Part shown: positions 37,087-47,380 of the stretch, one piece after another
How the letters are laid out: each line of letters opens with the position of its first letter
Numbering within the stretch: position 1 is the stretch's first letter
NCBI GenBank assembly: GCA_016840065.1
Contig: JAEOTB010000010.1
Span: 33,629-97,628 of the forward strand
DNA from: Candidatus Hermodarchaeota archaeon
GTDB lineage: Archaea; Asgardarchaeota; Hermodarchaeia; Hermodarchaeales; Hermodarchaeaceae
DNA: 64,000 bases
Direction: 5' to 3'
The notes under the pieces: generated by a model
Told to the model about the DNA's origin: nothing
What the model saw: only the letters and a program-made list of their open reading frames with translations
Database searches by the model: none
Position numbers and translations under genes: made by a program

Positions 37087-38466
37087 TCATATTTTGATTT
37101 CTTCTCTTGTTTTCTGAAGATACCTCAAGCCTTGTTTAGCGAGTTCTTCTGCCCGGGCGTGGGTCTTTGCTTCGGCGAATATCCGGAACTTAGGCTCGGT
37201 TCCTGAAGGTCGGAGGAGAACCCAACCATCTGAGTATCGGAGTTTTATTCCGTCTAGTTTGTCACACTTGATATCTGTTGGTATCTGTTCAGCCACTCTC
37301 TCTAATAGGATTGCTTTTTCATCGTCGGTACAGGGCAATCCCGTTTTTACCTGTGAATATGATGGAAAACGTTTGTCTAGCTCGTTTAGCGATGCTTCTT
37401 CATGGGCTAGGAGACCCAGGATTGTTAATGTAGTAAGCAGTCCCTCTCGGGTCCAAGACCAACCATTGTAGATTACTCCCCCATTCTCTTCTCCTCCTAT
37501 CTGGGCATCCACCTCCTTCATTTTCGCAACGATGTTTGGTTCACCGACCTTCGTGAGAACCACTTCCGCGTCTATGGTTTCTGCAACGTCTCGAATAACA
37601 TCGCTCGTTGCCACTTGAGTGACTATTTTCTTATGTTTAACAGGGCTATCTCGTAACCGATAGTAGGCGGCAAGAGCAAAGCTACGATCGCCCATAATGA
37701 AGCGCCCCTTATGATCGATGAAAACTACACGGTCTGCATCGCCATCCCAAGCCATACCAACGTCTGCTCCAGTCTTTACTACTTGGTCCTTAAGCTTTCC
37801 AAGGTTTTCTTCCTTAGGCTCAGGATGTCGTCCTTGGAAGAGACCATCAGGGACACAAAATTGTGTTTCCACCTGACAGCCTGCCTGCTTCAGAAGTCGG
37901 GGGATCATTACCGATGCGGCTCCTCCGCCACAATCAGCTACAACGCGTAATCTCTGCTTCCGAATCCTACTACAATCTACCTGCTGAAGTAATTCCTGAG
38001 TGTAGAGGGGACGGAAATCTTCTGTTATGAGAGGCTTCCCGAAGAGTTTCCAAGAAACTCTGCGTTTTGACTCAGGTTGAGCAAATAATTGCTCTATCAG
38101 ACGTTCTGGCTTCGAGGTGTAAGATGCTCCGTCTTTACCCCATAATTTGATGCCATTGAATTCAGGAGGGTTATGGCTAGCGGTCACCATAACGCCTGCA
38201 GTGCTGTTTAACCTTGGAATGGCAAAAGACAACAGGGGAGTAGGAACAAGACCTAGATAATAGACATCGCAGCCTCCAGTCATCAAGCCTGCGCTAACAG
38301 CGTGGTTGAGCATTTCATTTGATGTGCGTGTATCCCAAGCGGTCACGACTGGCCCCTTACCATTCAAGGAGTTTGCTAAAGCTAGACCTACACCATATGC
38401 CATTGCTGGTGTAAGAGTCTCATTAACTATAGCACGCAAACCCTGCGTTCCAAAAAGCCGACTCAT
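37087..38466 (-). CDS. glmM: Phosphoglucosamine mutase / PMM-PGM (paralogue 1)
   Basis: LFGT.G.R, TASHNP, DGDADR, GGEENGG, RPSGTEP. Confidence 0.9.
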   Translation of the reverse strand: MSRLFGTQGLRAIVNETLTPAMAYGVGLALANSLNGKGPVVTAWDTRTSNEMLNHAVSAGLMTGGCDVYYLGLVPTPLLSFAIPRLNSTAGVMVTASHNPPEFNGIKLWGKDGASYTSKPERLIEQLFAQPESKRRVSWKLFGKPLITEDFRPLYTQELLQQVDCSRIRKQRLRVVADCGGGAASVMIPRLLKQAGCQVETQFCVPDGLFQGRHPEPKEENLGKLKDQVVKTGADVGMAWDGDADRVVFIDHKGRFIMGDRSFALAAYYRLRDSPVKHKKIVTQVATSDVIRDVAETIDAEVVLTKVGEPNIVAKMKEVDAQIGGEENGGVIYNGWSWTREGLLTTLTILGLLAHEEASLNELDKRFPSYSQVKTGLPCTDDEKAILLERVAEQIPTDIKCDKLDGIKLRYSDGWVLLRPSGTEPKFRIFAEAKTHARAEELAKQGLRYLQKTREEIKI

Positions 38467-38569
38467 AATAGGGACCTCTGAACATCAATACTACTCCATC
38501 CCCTCTTGAAAAAGCGTTATTCCTACATCAACTAGGCGACAAATCTAGAGAAATTCAGGGATGTTCTTC

Positions 38570-39301
38570 CTAGAATACGTTTAGAGGCCTACTCCTAGTA
38601 GATGTCGAGACAAGTGCTCTTGTGGTTTCTATATGCGTTCCTATCTCCTTTCGGATTGTCTCGATTCGCTCTGACTCAAGGTAGGGTTCCAATGTCCAAA
38701 GAAGTAGATGGGTGTACAATTCCTTAGGATCGATTATCTCTTCGATGTTACCAATTACCTTCATCCGGAACAGATACTCGTCCTCGTACATACTCACAAT
38801 AGTGCGTAGTTTCTGTGCAAGAGACTCGACATTGTCTACTAGCTGTCTTAACTTACGGTCTGGTTTCTCAGTACTTTGCAGCAATTCGGCTGCCCTGCGC
38901 TGTAAACCGCTCACCTGCTCGGTCATTAACCGCATCTTCCGGATTACTCCCTCGAAATCAGGAGCCAGAGCAAGGAGCTTTGGCAGAAGCTTATCAAGTT
39001 CCTCGAGGTTCTTAACCACCGCTTTGTCTACAATCCCTTCAAATGAAGCGAGCTTCCCAAGATCCTCGAGGTTCTTAAGGAAGTTAATCTTAGAGAGCGC
39101 TCCAAGGATTACTCGAATAGGACGAAGAGAGTTACGATGTGTCGACTCCCAGCGTGACATAGCGTCGTCTAGCCCACTCGTTACTTCCCGCATGGTGCGG
39201 CCAAACTCTCGGATTATTGCTGCCAAACTTCCATCGTCCACGGCGATTGTCTCCATAAGGTCTTTTTCTTGCCTTACTCGGAACTGATTCTTGTCTGTCA
39301 T
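38570..39301 (-). CDS. Helical-bundle protein, probable CINP/C1orf109(AIRIM)-like
   Basis: MYEDEYLFR...DP...LLLWTLEPYLES resembles the recalled CINP C-terminus. Confidence 0.55.
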   Translation of the reverse strand: MTDKNQFRVRQEKDLMETIAVDDGSLAAIIREFGRTMREVTSGLDDAMSRWESTHRNSLRPIRVILGALSKINFLKNLEDLGKLASFEGIVDKAVVKNLEELDKLLPKLLALAPDFEGVIRKMRLMTEQVSGLQRRAAELLQSTEKPDRKLRQLVDNVESLAQKLRTIVSMYEDEYLFRMKVIGNIEEIIDPKELYTHLLLWTLEPYLESERIETIRKEIGTHIETTRALVSTSTRSRPLNVF

Positions 39302-39407
39302 TCTATGAATAACCAACGTATTGCAGGGATTTAAACAATGCGCTTCAGGAAACGAATAAACGAACACTGTTAAGTATTCCTAACATCATTTTTTATCAGG
39401 TGAAAAC

Positions 39408-40793
39408 ATGGACGGAGAGTGGCGCCCGCGCTTTGGAAGTAGTGGAATTCGAGGCTGTGTTGCTGAGGAATTGGCGCCAAATGAAGCTTGGTTTCTAGGT
39501 AATAGCATCGCTACGGTCTTTAAGAGAGGTTCGATTCTGGTCTGCAGCGATCATCGTACCAGTAGCCCGCTCCTAGTCCACTCTCTTGCCAGTGGCCTCA
39601 TGTCAGGTGGTGCCCGGGTTGTCCTTGGGGGGCAAGTAATTACTCCAGCTGTGAGTCTATATGTCAAGCACCATCAGCTATCAGCAGCTGTTCTCGTTAC
39701 TGGCAGCCATAATTCCCCAAAAATTAATGGAATTGAAGTCCTAGCAGACGACGGGGCTCCTGTGGACCGCGCCACTGAGCAGCGAATTGAAGAGCTTACT
39801 GTGAGCCCACCTGCTCCTCTTCCTTGGGATCAACAAGGTGAAACCACCTCAGTCGACGATGTCGGTCAATACTGGGTAACAAAGATAACTCGTCTTGTGA
39901 ACACATCTCTTATCCAAAAACAAAATTTTCGCGTGGCAGTAGATGTGTGCAATGGTTCAGCAATCCCTTGGCTCCTAAATGTAATTGAAGAGTTAGGTTG
40001 TCAACTAGTAGGTGTTAATACTAAACAAGACCCTCTCTTTCCCGGTAGGTCTCCTAACCTAACCGTTGATTTACTCACTGAGGTCTCAAATACAGTACTG
40101 GAGAATGGTTGCCACCTAGGTGTGGCCGTTGATGGAGACGGTGACCGAGTGTTCCTAATTGACGAAAAGGGTCGAACATTACAAGGCGACATAAGTGGAA
40201 CAATCTTTGCCCGTCTAGAGCTAGAACGCCAGAGTGGAGGCACGATTGTTACCCCAATTAATACTAGCAATGTTGTCTATGATATGGCTCGGGAATTCAA
40301 AGGAGAAGTAGTGAATAGTCGAATTGGACCACCAGCTATTGTAGCCAAAATAAAAAGCCACCAGGCTATATTCGGGTTCGAGGAATCTGGGAAGGCAATC
40401 TATCCGCATATAAATTATCTTTCAGATAGTGGGTTAGCAACAAGTCAGATTCTTGAATACCTCGCCAAAAACAACATCAAACTTAGTGTCTTAGTAGACA
40501 GCCTCCCCAAGTATCATCAGATAAAGCGCTCTCTAGATTGTCCTAATTCAATGAAAGGAAAAGTGATGAAAGGGCTAATTAAGGTGCTGAAAACCCAATT
40601 CGTCAACGCGGACTTCGTAACAATAGATGGGTTGAAGGTAATATTTGACGACGGGTGGCTACTACTAAGACCCAGTGGGACTGAGCCAAAATTTAAAGTC
40701 TTTTCAGAGTCACAATATGCGCCTCGCGCTGAAGAACTATTTCAAATAGGCTTGAGTTATCTACAAAAGGAAATGAGTCGCTACCCAAAATGA
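39408..40793 (+). CDS. Alpha-D-phosphohexomutase (paralogue 2)
   Basis: FGSSGIRG, TGSHNS, DGDGDR, RPSGTEP. Confidence 0.9.
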   Translation: MDGEWRPRFGSSGIRGCVAEELAPNEAWFLGNSIATVFKRGSILVCSDHRTSSPLLVHSLASGLMSGGARVVLGGQVITPAVSLYVKHHQLSAAVLVTGSHNSPKINGIEVLADDGAPVDRATEQRIEELTVSPPAPLPWDQQGETTSVDDVGQYWVTKITRLVNTSLIQKQNFRVAVDVCNGSAIPWLLNVIEELGCQLVGVNTKQDPLFPGRSPNLTVDLLTEVSNTVLENGCHLGVAVDGDGDRVFLIDEKGRTLQGDISGTIFARLELERQSGGTIVTPINTSNVVYDMAREFKGEVVNSRIGPPAIVAKIKSHQAIFGFEESGKAIYPHINYLSDSGLATSQILEYLAKNNIKLSVLVDSLPKYHQIKRSLDCPNSMKGKVMKGLIKVLKTQFVNADFVTIDGLKVIFDDGWLLLRPSGTEPKFKVFSESQYAPRAEELFQIGLSYLQKEMSRYPK

Positions 40794-40815
40794 AAAATTA
40801 ATTAGGTGACAGAAT

Positions 40816-42228
40816 GTGGTTCCTTCATCTTCCCTTTTCGGGAGTTCAGGTATTCGAGGACTTGTGAATGAATTCATCACAGGTCCTTTAGCTATCCGTA
40901 TTGGGCTAGCTGTCGCACAACTTTACCGTGAAAAACACAGCAAACCCTCTATCATTGTAGGTCACGATCATAGGACAACCGGTCCCATGCTCACTTCTGC
41001 GCTGATTTCAGGGCTCCTAACCGGTGGGAGTCAAGTTGTCAAGGCAGGAATGGCGCCAACACCAGCAATTGCATATGCTGGGGGAAAGAGGGGAACGGTG
41101 GCTGCCGTAATCGTAACAGCAAGTCACAATCCTCCAGAATACAACGGCTTCAAGTTCCACAATCCTGATGGTGCAGGTTTTTCCACAAACCAGCAAGAAA
41201 GAATTGAACACCTCATCGACTCTAGTGAACCAGTAGCCTGGGAGGATTTTGGATCAACCACCGGTTTTGAACCAATTCCGATGTATATGGAAGCATTAGA
41301 GAGTGCTTGTACAGTTACTAAACAACACCGCGTAGTACTTGATGCTGCTCTAGGCGCAGGTGGGCTCGTCACACCACTAGTACTCGACAATCTGGGTGCT
41401 AAAGTTACCGCTATTGGTGTGCCTCCAAATGGGAGGGAATATGCACAGAATATTCCCCACTCAAAGATTCAAAGCGCAGCTGCTGCGGAATGGCAGCATT
41501 TTGTCAACCTCGATAAGCTTAGTGCCCTTGTGCAAACAAAAAAAGCCGAAGTCGGCTTTGCACATGACGGCGATGCAGATCGGCTCCTCGCCGTTGATGA
41601 CAAGGGACGCATCTTAGCAGGAGATACACTACTTGCATTAGTGGCTGACTATTATTTAGCAACTCGGGGGGGAAAGGTAATCGCTACAACAGTTTCGAGT
41701 TCCAGCGTCGTTGATATTGTGGCTAGGAAACACGGTGCAAGTGTTGTTCGTTGCCGTGTAGGCGATGTCTTTGTATCCAATCTTGTCAAGGAGCACAACG
41801 CGGTCCTCGGAGCCGAGCCCTCAGGTCCCTTCATTTTCCCCGAGGTCCATTACTGTCCAGATGGTCCATTGGCGGCCTGTAAGGTTCTAGAACTTCTAGA
41901 TTGGGCTAAACGCCCACTAAGCGCCCTAGTTGATGAGCTACCAGAAATGCATCTCCTACGCGCCTCAGTAAAATGCTCAAATGATGTAAAACCTGTTGTC
42001 ATGAAGGCTGTTGCTAACACTCTTGAAGACTTGTCTGATGTTGAGGAAGTCAGCAAGTTAGATGGGGTGAGAGCTAGTTTTAGTGACAATAGCTGGATAC
42101 TAATTCGCCCATCCGGTACTGAACCCGTGATTCGGATTACTGTCGAGGCTCAATCAGCATCAAGGGCAAAAGACCTCCTCAACAGAGGGAAAAACGCTAT
42201 TAGTTTGGTACTGAAACAAATTTCCTAA
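40816..42228 (+). CDS. Alpha-D-phosphohexomutase / GlmM (paralogue 3)
   Basis: FGSSGIRG, TASHNP, DGDADR, GAEPSG, RPSGTEP. Confidence 0.9.
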   Translation: MVPSSSLFGSSGIRGLVNEFITGPLAIRIGLAVAQLYREKHSKPSIIVGHDHRTTGPMLTSALISGLLTGGSQVVKAGMAPTPAIAYAGGKRGTVAAVIVTASHNPPEYNGFKFHNPDGAGFSTNQQERIEHLIDSSEPVAWEDFGSTTGFEPIPMYMEALESACTVTKQHRVVLDAALGAGGLVTPLVLDNLGAKVTAIGVPPNGREYAQNIPHSKIQSAAAAEWQHFVNLDKLSALVQTKKAEVGFAHDGDADRLLAVDDKGRILAGDTLLALVADYYLATRGGKVIATTVSSSSVVDIVARKHGASVVRCRVGDVFVSNLVKEHNAVLGAEPSGPFIFPEVHYCPDGPLAACKVLELLDWAKRPLSALVDELPEMHLLRASVKCSNDVKPVVMKAVANTLEDLSDVEEVSKLDGVRASFSDNSWILIRPSGTEPVIRITVEAQSASRAKDLLNRGKNAISLVLKQIS

Positions 42229-43511
42229 GACCGCCGTTTCTCCTCCACACAGCTCTGCTTGAGCCGAAGATGAATATTGTCTGGAACATCTTTTTCCACT
42301 ACAATTCCTGGGTCAATCCAGCTGTCGAATCCTATTGTACGGCCAGGTAATACAACAGCATTGCATCCGATTTTTGACTTTCCCCCGACAACAGCTCCGA
42401 ACTTGTCTGTGTGAGTTGAAACTAACTCCCCTCTGAGCATTACCTTGACGGTCTCACCGTCAAAGCGGTAGTTCGAAAGGACAACACCTGCTCCGATGTC
42501 TGCTTCATGACCCAGTATACTGTCACCTATGAAAGCGAGATGACCAATACTGCTGCCTGGCATCAACACAGAATTACGAACCTCACAGGCGAAGCCCACA
42601 CTAACGCCTTGTTCTAAAACGGTGTGATCTCGCAAGAGCGCATTATTCCCTACCACAACATTTTCGCCAACGTAGACTGGACCAACTAGGCTAGCTCCTG
42701 GAAATACTCGTGCGTTGGCACCTATCCATACATCTCCTGAAAGGTGAGCAGCCTTGCTCACTTTCGCTGTTGGGTCGATAGACGGAGTCTTGCCACTCGT
42801 CGTTTTCTGGTGTCGGAGTCTTTCAAAGAGAATCGGGGTAGCTTCTAGGATATTCCATGTGCGGCCAACATCCACCCAAGGAGTAGTTGAATGGCTCCCA
42901 AATACGCTGTGTCCCTCATCAATGAGGTGTTGAATTCCAACTTCCAGATCTTTGGTTTTTCGGATAGCATCAAAAATCGCCTGGGTAAAGATGTAAGCCC
43001 CTGCAACAATGAGATTGCTTGGTTCGGTCCCTGGTGGGGGCTTCTCAACGATCTTCGTAATCTTTTCGCCCTCTAGAGCAACAACACCGAACTGATTTGG
43101 GTTCGGAACCTCAAAGAGTGAAAGGGCCATGTCACTCGTCCCAGATGCCTTAATAGCATCCTTGAAACGTTGGGGTGTGGTAATGATGTCGCAGTCGGTC
43201 ATTAGGAACCGGTCAGCTCCAGCTAGTTCCCTCTCTGCTGATAAAACTGCGTCATACTCGCCCTTTGGGCTTTCTTGAATTGCATAGCTGATTTTGACGC
43301 CCAGCTCTTTCCCATCACCAAAGTAATCCTTAATTTGTTCCCGAAAATGACTTACTACTAAAACAATTTCTCTGATGTTAATTTCCCGTAGTGTGTCAAT
43401 TACATGGTGGAGCATAGGTTTGCCCAGTAATGGCAACATTGCCTTTGGGTGGAATTGTGTCAATGGGTGTAGTCTTGTTCCAAAACCTGCCGCTAATATC
43501 AGTGCTTTCAT
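42225..43511 (-). CDS. glmU: Bifunctional sugar-1-phosphate nucleotidylyltransferase/acetyltransferase (archaeal GlmU-like)
   Basis: LAAGFGTRL..PK motif and C-terminal hexapeptide repeats. The start is ATG 43511. Confidence 0.88.
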   Translation of the reverse strand: MKALILAAGFGTRLHPLTQFHPKAMLPLLGKPMLHHVIDTLREINIREIVLVVSHFREQIKDYFGDGKELGVKISYAIQESPKGEYDAVLSAERELAGADRFLMTDCDIITTPQRFKDAIKASGTSDMALSLFEVPNPNQFGVVALEGEKITKIVEKPPPGTEPSNLIVAGAYIFTQAIFDAIRKTKDLEVGIQHLIDEGHSVFGSHSTTPWVDVGRTWNILEATPILFERLRHQKTTSGKTPSIDPTAKVSKAAHLSGDVWIGANARVFPGASLVGPVYVGENVVVGNNALLRDHTVLEQGVSVGFACEVRNSVLMPGSSIGHLAFIGDSILGHEADIGAGVVLSNYRFDGETVKVMLRGELVSTHTDKFGAVVGGKSKIGCNAVVLPGRTIGFDSWIDPGIVVEKDVPDNIHLRLKQSCVEEKRRS

Positions 43512-43512
43512 T

Positions 43513-44964
43513 TCATTCCCACTTCCAGATCGGACCAGTCGGGCTATCTTCAATAATGATTCCTAGTTTCTTCAAGCGCGAACGGATTTGGTCGGATGTC
43601 GCCCAATCCTCCCGAGTTCGCATCTCTTCACGAATTGCTATTAATAATTCTATCAATCCTTCTACGACAGAAGAATCTCCGCGAGTAATTTCCTGTCCCA
43701 TCCGCTTACGATAAAGCCCAAGTATCTCACCGTACGCATCTAATGTCATAGATATCTCTTTGAGGGTTCCTGCAGTCACGGATTCGCTTCCTGCTAGAGT
43801 TGAATTCAGATGTGATAGGAATTGGCTAAGGTTCGCCAGCGCAATTGGAGAGTTGAAATCATCGTCCATTGCGCCCTCAAATTCCTCTTGGAACTTCTGC
43901 AGTGCCTGCCACAGCTCCTCATCAATAGGACTTGGTTTGGTTGGGGCTATGCTCTCAGCTTCAAGTGCTTCTCTCAATCTGCGTTGTAATATGTCAATTG
44001 AATTATGGATTCGGCTCAGCCGCGCTTTAGCCTCCTCTAATTGCTTGTCACTAAAGTCCACAGGGCTTCTATAGTGAGAAGAAACGAGGAAGAGGCGTAC
44101 AACTTCTGGATCGAACTTTTGAGTGATTTCTTGGATGGTGAAGAAGTTACCAAGGGATTTTGACATCTTCTCCTTATCGACGGTGAGGAATCCATTATGC
44201 ATCCAATACCGGACGAAGGGCTTTCCAGTCAAAGCTTCTGCTTGTGCAATCTCATTAGTGTGATGAGGAAACACCAAATCTAACCCGCCACCATGAATAT
44301 CAATTGAATCTCCAAGGTATTTCATTGACATCACCGAGCACTCTATATGCCACCCTGGTCGCCCTTTCCCCCATGGCGAATCCCAGAAGGGCTCGTCTGG
44401 CTTCATCGCTTTCCAAAGGGCAAAATCCTCAGGCTGTTCCTTTTCGCTTGCCGCCTCATCAGGTTCTGCATCTTGTTGCTCGGTTTTCAGTTTACGTCCT
44501 GATAGTTTACTATACTTATGGAATTTAGCAACGCGGAAGTAAACACTCCCGTTCACCTCGTAAGCATAGTCTTTCTCTACGAGTTGTTGGATGGTTTCAA
44601 CCATTTCAGAAATGTGCTCAGTGGCTATTGGGTAGATTGTAGCTCGTTTCACGAATAGCTGGTCAAAGTCTTCAAAATACTCCTTGATATACTTGGATGC
44701 TAGCTCAGCAGTGGTCACACCCTGTTCTTGAGCTCGCTTAATCATTTTGTCATCGATATCGGTGAAATTCTGTATGTACCTAATTTCGTATCCTTTGAAT
44801 TCTAGGTAGCGTCGGATGAGGTCAAAGGCTACAATAGACCGTGCGTGTCCAAGGTGGGACGAGTCATAAACAGTTGGCCCACAAACATACATCCGTACTT
44901 TGCCATCTTCTATGGTCTTGAAGCGCACTTTCCTACGACGAAGCGTGTTATAGACGACCAGCAT
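43513..44964 (-). CDS. cysS: Cysteinyl-tRNA synthetase
   Basis: CGPTVY..HLGH, GRPGWHIEC, KMSKS. Confidence 0.98.
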   Translation of the reverse strand: MLVVYNTLRRRKVRFKTIEDGKVRMYVCGPTVYDSSHLGHARSIVAFDLIRRYLEFKGYEIRYIQNFTDIDDKMIKRAQEQGVTTAELASKYIKEYFEDFDQLFVKRATIYPIATEHISEMVETIQQLVEKDYAYEVNGSVYFRVAKFHKYSKLSGRKLKTEQQDAEPDEAASEKEQPEDFALWKAMKPDEPFWDSPWGKGRPGWHIECSVMSMKYLGDSIDIHGGGLDLVFPHHTNEIAQAEALTGKPFVRYWMHNGFLTVDKEKMSKSLGNFFTIQEITQKFDPEVVRLFLVSSHYRSPVDFSDKQLEEAKARLSRIHNSIDILQRRLREALEAESIAPTKPSPIDEELWQALQKFQEEFEGAMDDDFNSPIALANLSQFLSHLNSTLAGSESVTAGTLKEISMTLDAYGEILGLYRKRMGQEITRGDSSVVEGLIELLIAIREEMRTREDWATSDQIRSRLKKLGIIIEDSPTGPIWKWE

Positions 44965-45039
44965 ACAGTTCCCGTCTCAAAAAGCCGCAAATTACATAAA
45001 AATGCAACTGCTTAGCTATCGTTTACCCAATGTAGCCCC

Positions 45040-46008
45040 TTAGCCATTGGCAAATTTCCTTGCTGCCTTGAGGACAGCGAGAGCAAGTGCCTTCTTTCGT
45101 CGAAGCGAAGTCATCATCGTTTGTTTTACTACCACTTGAATTCCCATCTCTTCTATCGACGATTTTAGCATTCGGTCTTGAAGGTCAATCACTAGAACAT
45201 CAAGGAAGTCATGATATAGCTCCGCAACGCCTCGCGGTGACACTTCCACTCCTTGGGCAGCCATCAACTTATCAGCTGGACCCTTCACGGGGCGTCCACC
45301 CACTATGGGACTGATTGCTACACATGGCGCACTGGCGTCAATCAAAGCTTGCCGGATTCCAGGGACCGCAAGGATAGGTCCTATACTTACGATTGGATTA
45401 CTAGGGGCAATAATGATGGTATCTGCCTGCTTTATGACTTCAAGGATACCTGGGCTAGGGCTTGCAGATTCGATGCCATCGAAAATCACATCCTCCACTT
45501 CATCCTTTGCCTTTCGTTTTACAAGGTATTCCTCAAAGTGCATAAGCCCCACATCAGTCATGATCCGTGTGGGTACCCAACTCTCTGTCATTGGGAGCAA
45601 CTGACAACGCACTCCCATTGATTCACTAATTGCCTTCGTCACCTTTGATAGTGACCGTCCCTGCTTAAGCATCATAGTTCGGGCAAGATGTGTACCTAAA
45701 TCCTGGTCACCCAGCTTGAACCAGGTATCAAAGCCTAGACGCTGAAGCATCTCTAAGCAGTAGAAGGTGTCGCCTTTAATTCCCCAGCCTGTCTTTGGGT
45801 TTACTTTACCAGCTAGTGTGTAAGTGACGATATCAATATCCGGAGAAATATATAGCCCCATGAAATTTGCCATATCATCTCCTGTGTTAATGATGACTGT
45901 AACCTCCACAGGAGGCATTACATTAACCTCCTCAGGAGGTATTACATTAACTAGACCCTCTAGGAATCGGGCAGCCCCAACGCCGCCAGCAAGCACGACT
46001 ACTCGCAT
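45040..46008 (-). CDS. cofD: 2-phospho-L-lactate (phosphoenolpyruvate) transferase
   Basis: GGVGAARF, NTGDD, ISPDID, WFKLGDQD, PSNPIVSIGPIL, KGPADKLM. Confidence 0.95.
   Translation of the reverse strand: MRVVVLAGGVGAARFLEGLVNVIPPEEVNVMPPVEVTVIINTGDDMANFMGLYISPDIDIVTYTLAGKVNPKTGWGIKGDTFYCLEMLQRLGFDTWFKLGDQDLGTHLARTMMLKQGRSLSKVTKAISESMGVRCQLLPMTESWVPTRIMTDVGLMHFEEYLVKRKAKDEVEDVIFDGIESASPSPGILEVIKQADTIIIAPSNPIVSIGPILAVPGIRQALIDASAPCVAISPIVGGRPVKGPADKLMAAQGVEVSPRGVAELYHDFLDVLVIDLQDRMLKSSIEEMGIQVVVKQTMMTSLRRKKALALAVLKAARKFANG
45900..45951. repeat. In-frame 24-bp tandem duplication within cofD
   Basis: taacctccacaggaggcattacat / taacctcctcaggaggtattacat. Confidence 0.9.
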
Positions 46009-46075
46009 TGAATCACCCGTACTCCAAGATAGTGATAAGGCTTGTTATTTACAGGGCTACAGGCTAGTCAGGATG

Positions 46076-47305
46076 CTATTCCATCCAACTAAGAATTGAT
46101 GAACACGAACGACCTGGTGCACCCTTTTGGCGTCCCTTGATAATGAAGGTGGCTCCTTCGTGTCCGCACTCAGGGCACTTAGACTTGTTATCACCGAGAT
46201 ATTTGATGATGTCGTCGACGAGAACCGCTGTGCAGGCAGCACCTTGAACCCCATACGGTGTTAGGACTTCAAGCAAGCCTTCAGCTCCTGGCTTCAAGGG
46301 CTCGAGTGTTTTAGGATGACGAACCACTATCATACTGGTTGGCGGGACATGCATGACAAAATCCTTATGTTTCTTTGACCAGTGGGCAAGGAATGCGCTT
46401 GGTGTTTCAGTGAAAGTATAGTTATCTCGGAAATGCTCTGTGGGAATGTGGAAGATTCGCTGGATGGTCTCCATGAGCTCAGGCTTGGGTAAAGGCTCCA
46501 TTTTGATTTGTGCCTTCACTCCATCCCAGCCGCCACCACCAGTCCCCACCCATCCGTACTTCCCGAGCGGATACTCCTCGCCTTTAAACTGGGTTGTTAG
46601 AAGGTGATTCATCAGGAGAGGATTTCCACCAAGAGTGAGGCTCTCGGTCTCCTTTCGGCGCTTAAGCATTTTGAGAACACTTTTCTTACAGATTTCCGCG
46701 ACAGCTTTAATCCTAAACTTGAAAAGCTGGGCAACTGTTTTCCAGAATCGAAACTTCACAGTGTATTCAACCGACGAATACGGATCCATTATTGCATTGA
46801 TGAAATCTACGTAGAGCCTGCGGTCTCTTACTTCTGCACCAGAACGCCTAGCAACAGCTTTCATTGCCGTATGTCCAGGGGCAAAGTTCAGGCAATAATC
46901 AGTGTTCTCAAGATTTAGAAACTTACGCCAAGCAGTCAACCAATTCTCCTTTATCTGCTCTACATCGCTTGCGGTTCGTCCAATAACGCTGGGGTCAGCA
47001 CTAGTGCTGCTGGAGATATGATATGTAACAATCCTTTCACTTGGTACCCTAAGCAATTGGTAATATTGTTCCAATGAAACCTTGAAGAACTGAGTTGGGA
47101 TAAAAGGAACTTTGTGCAGAGTCTTGTGTGTAATAGGCTCTCGAAAATCATATTCTTGGCCCTTGCATAGATCCCCGTACATCTCGCATTCGCGCGCGGT
47201 TGCAGCCACTTCTTTCTGTAAGTCTCTGAAGAAGTGCTTGTGATAATAACTTGTTCTGTCCTTTGGAAATTCTGGTCGCTTTGGTGACAAATGAATCCCG
47301 TCCAA
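46076..47305 (-). CDS. LuxE-like acyl-protein synthetase (ANL superfamily)
   Basis: VPFIPTQFFK, SSSTS, TGGGGW, RDNYTFTE, VVRHPKTLEPL..GAEGLL, GRSCS. Confidence 0.75.
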   Translation of the reverse strand: MDGIHLSPKRPEFPKDRTSYYHKHFFRDLQKEVAATARECEMYGDLCKGQEYDFREPITHKTLHKVPFIPTQFFKVSLEQYYQLLRVPSERIVTYHISSSTSADPSVIGRTASDVEQIKENWLTAWRKFLNLENTDYCLNFAPGHTAMKAVARRSGAEVRDRRLYVDFINAIMDPYSSVEYTVKFRFWKTVAQLFKFRIKAVAEICKKSVLKMLKRRKETESLTLGGNPLLMNHLLTTQFKGEEYPLGKYGWVGTGGGGWDGVKAQIKMEPLPKPELMETIQRIFHIPTEHFRDNYTFTETPSAFLAHWSKKHKDFVMHVPPTSMIVVRHPKTLEPLKPGAEGLLEVLTPYGVQGAACTAVLVDDIIKYLGDNKSKCPECGHEGATFIIKGRQKGAPGRSCSSILSWME

Positions 47306-47380
47306 ATTAGAAGGTGAGATTAGTTGTCATCCATAAAAAGGTTGGGCAAAGAAAAATTGAAGCGTTCTTCACAGTGTTAA

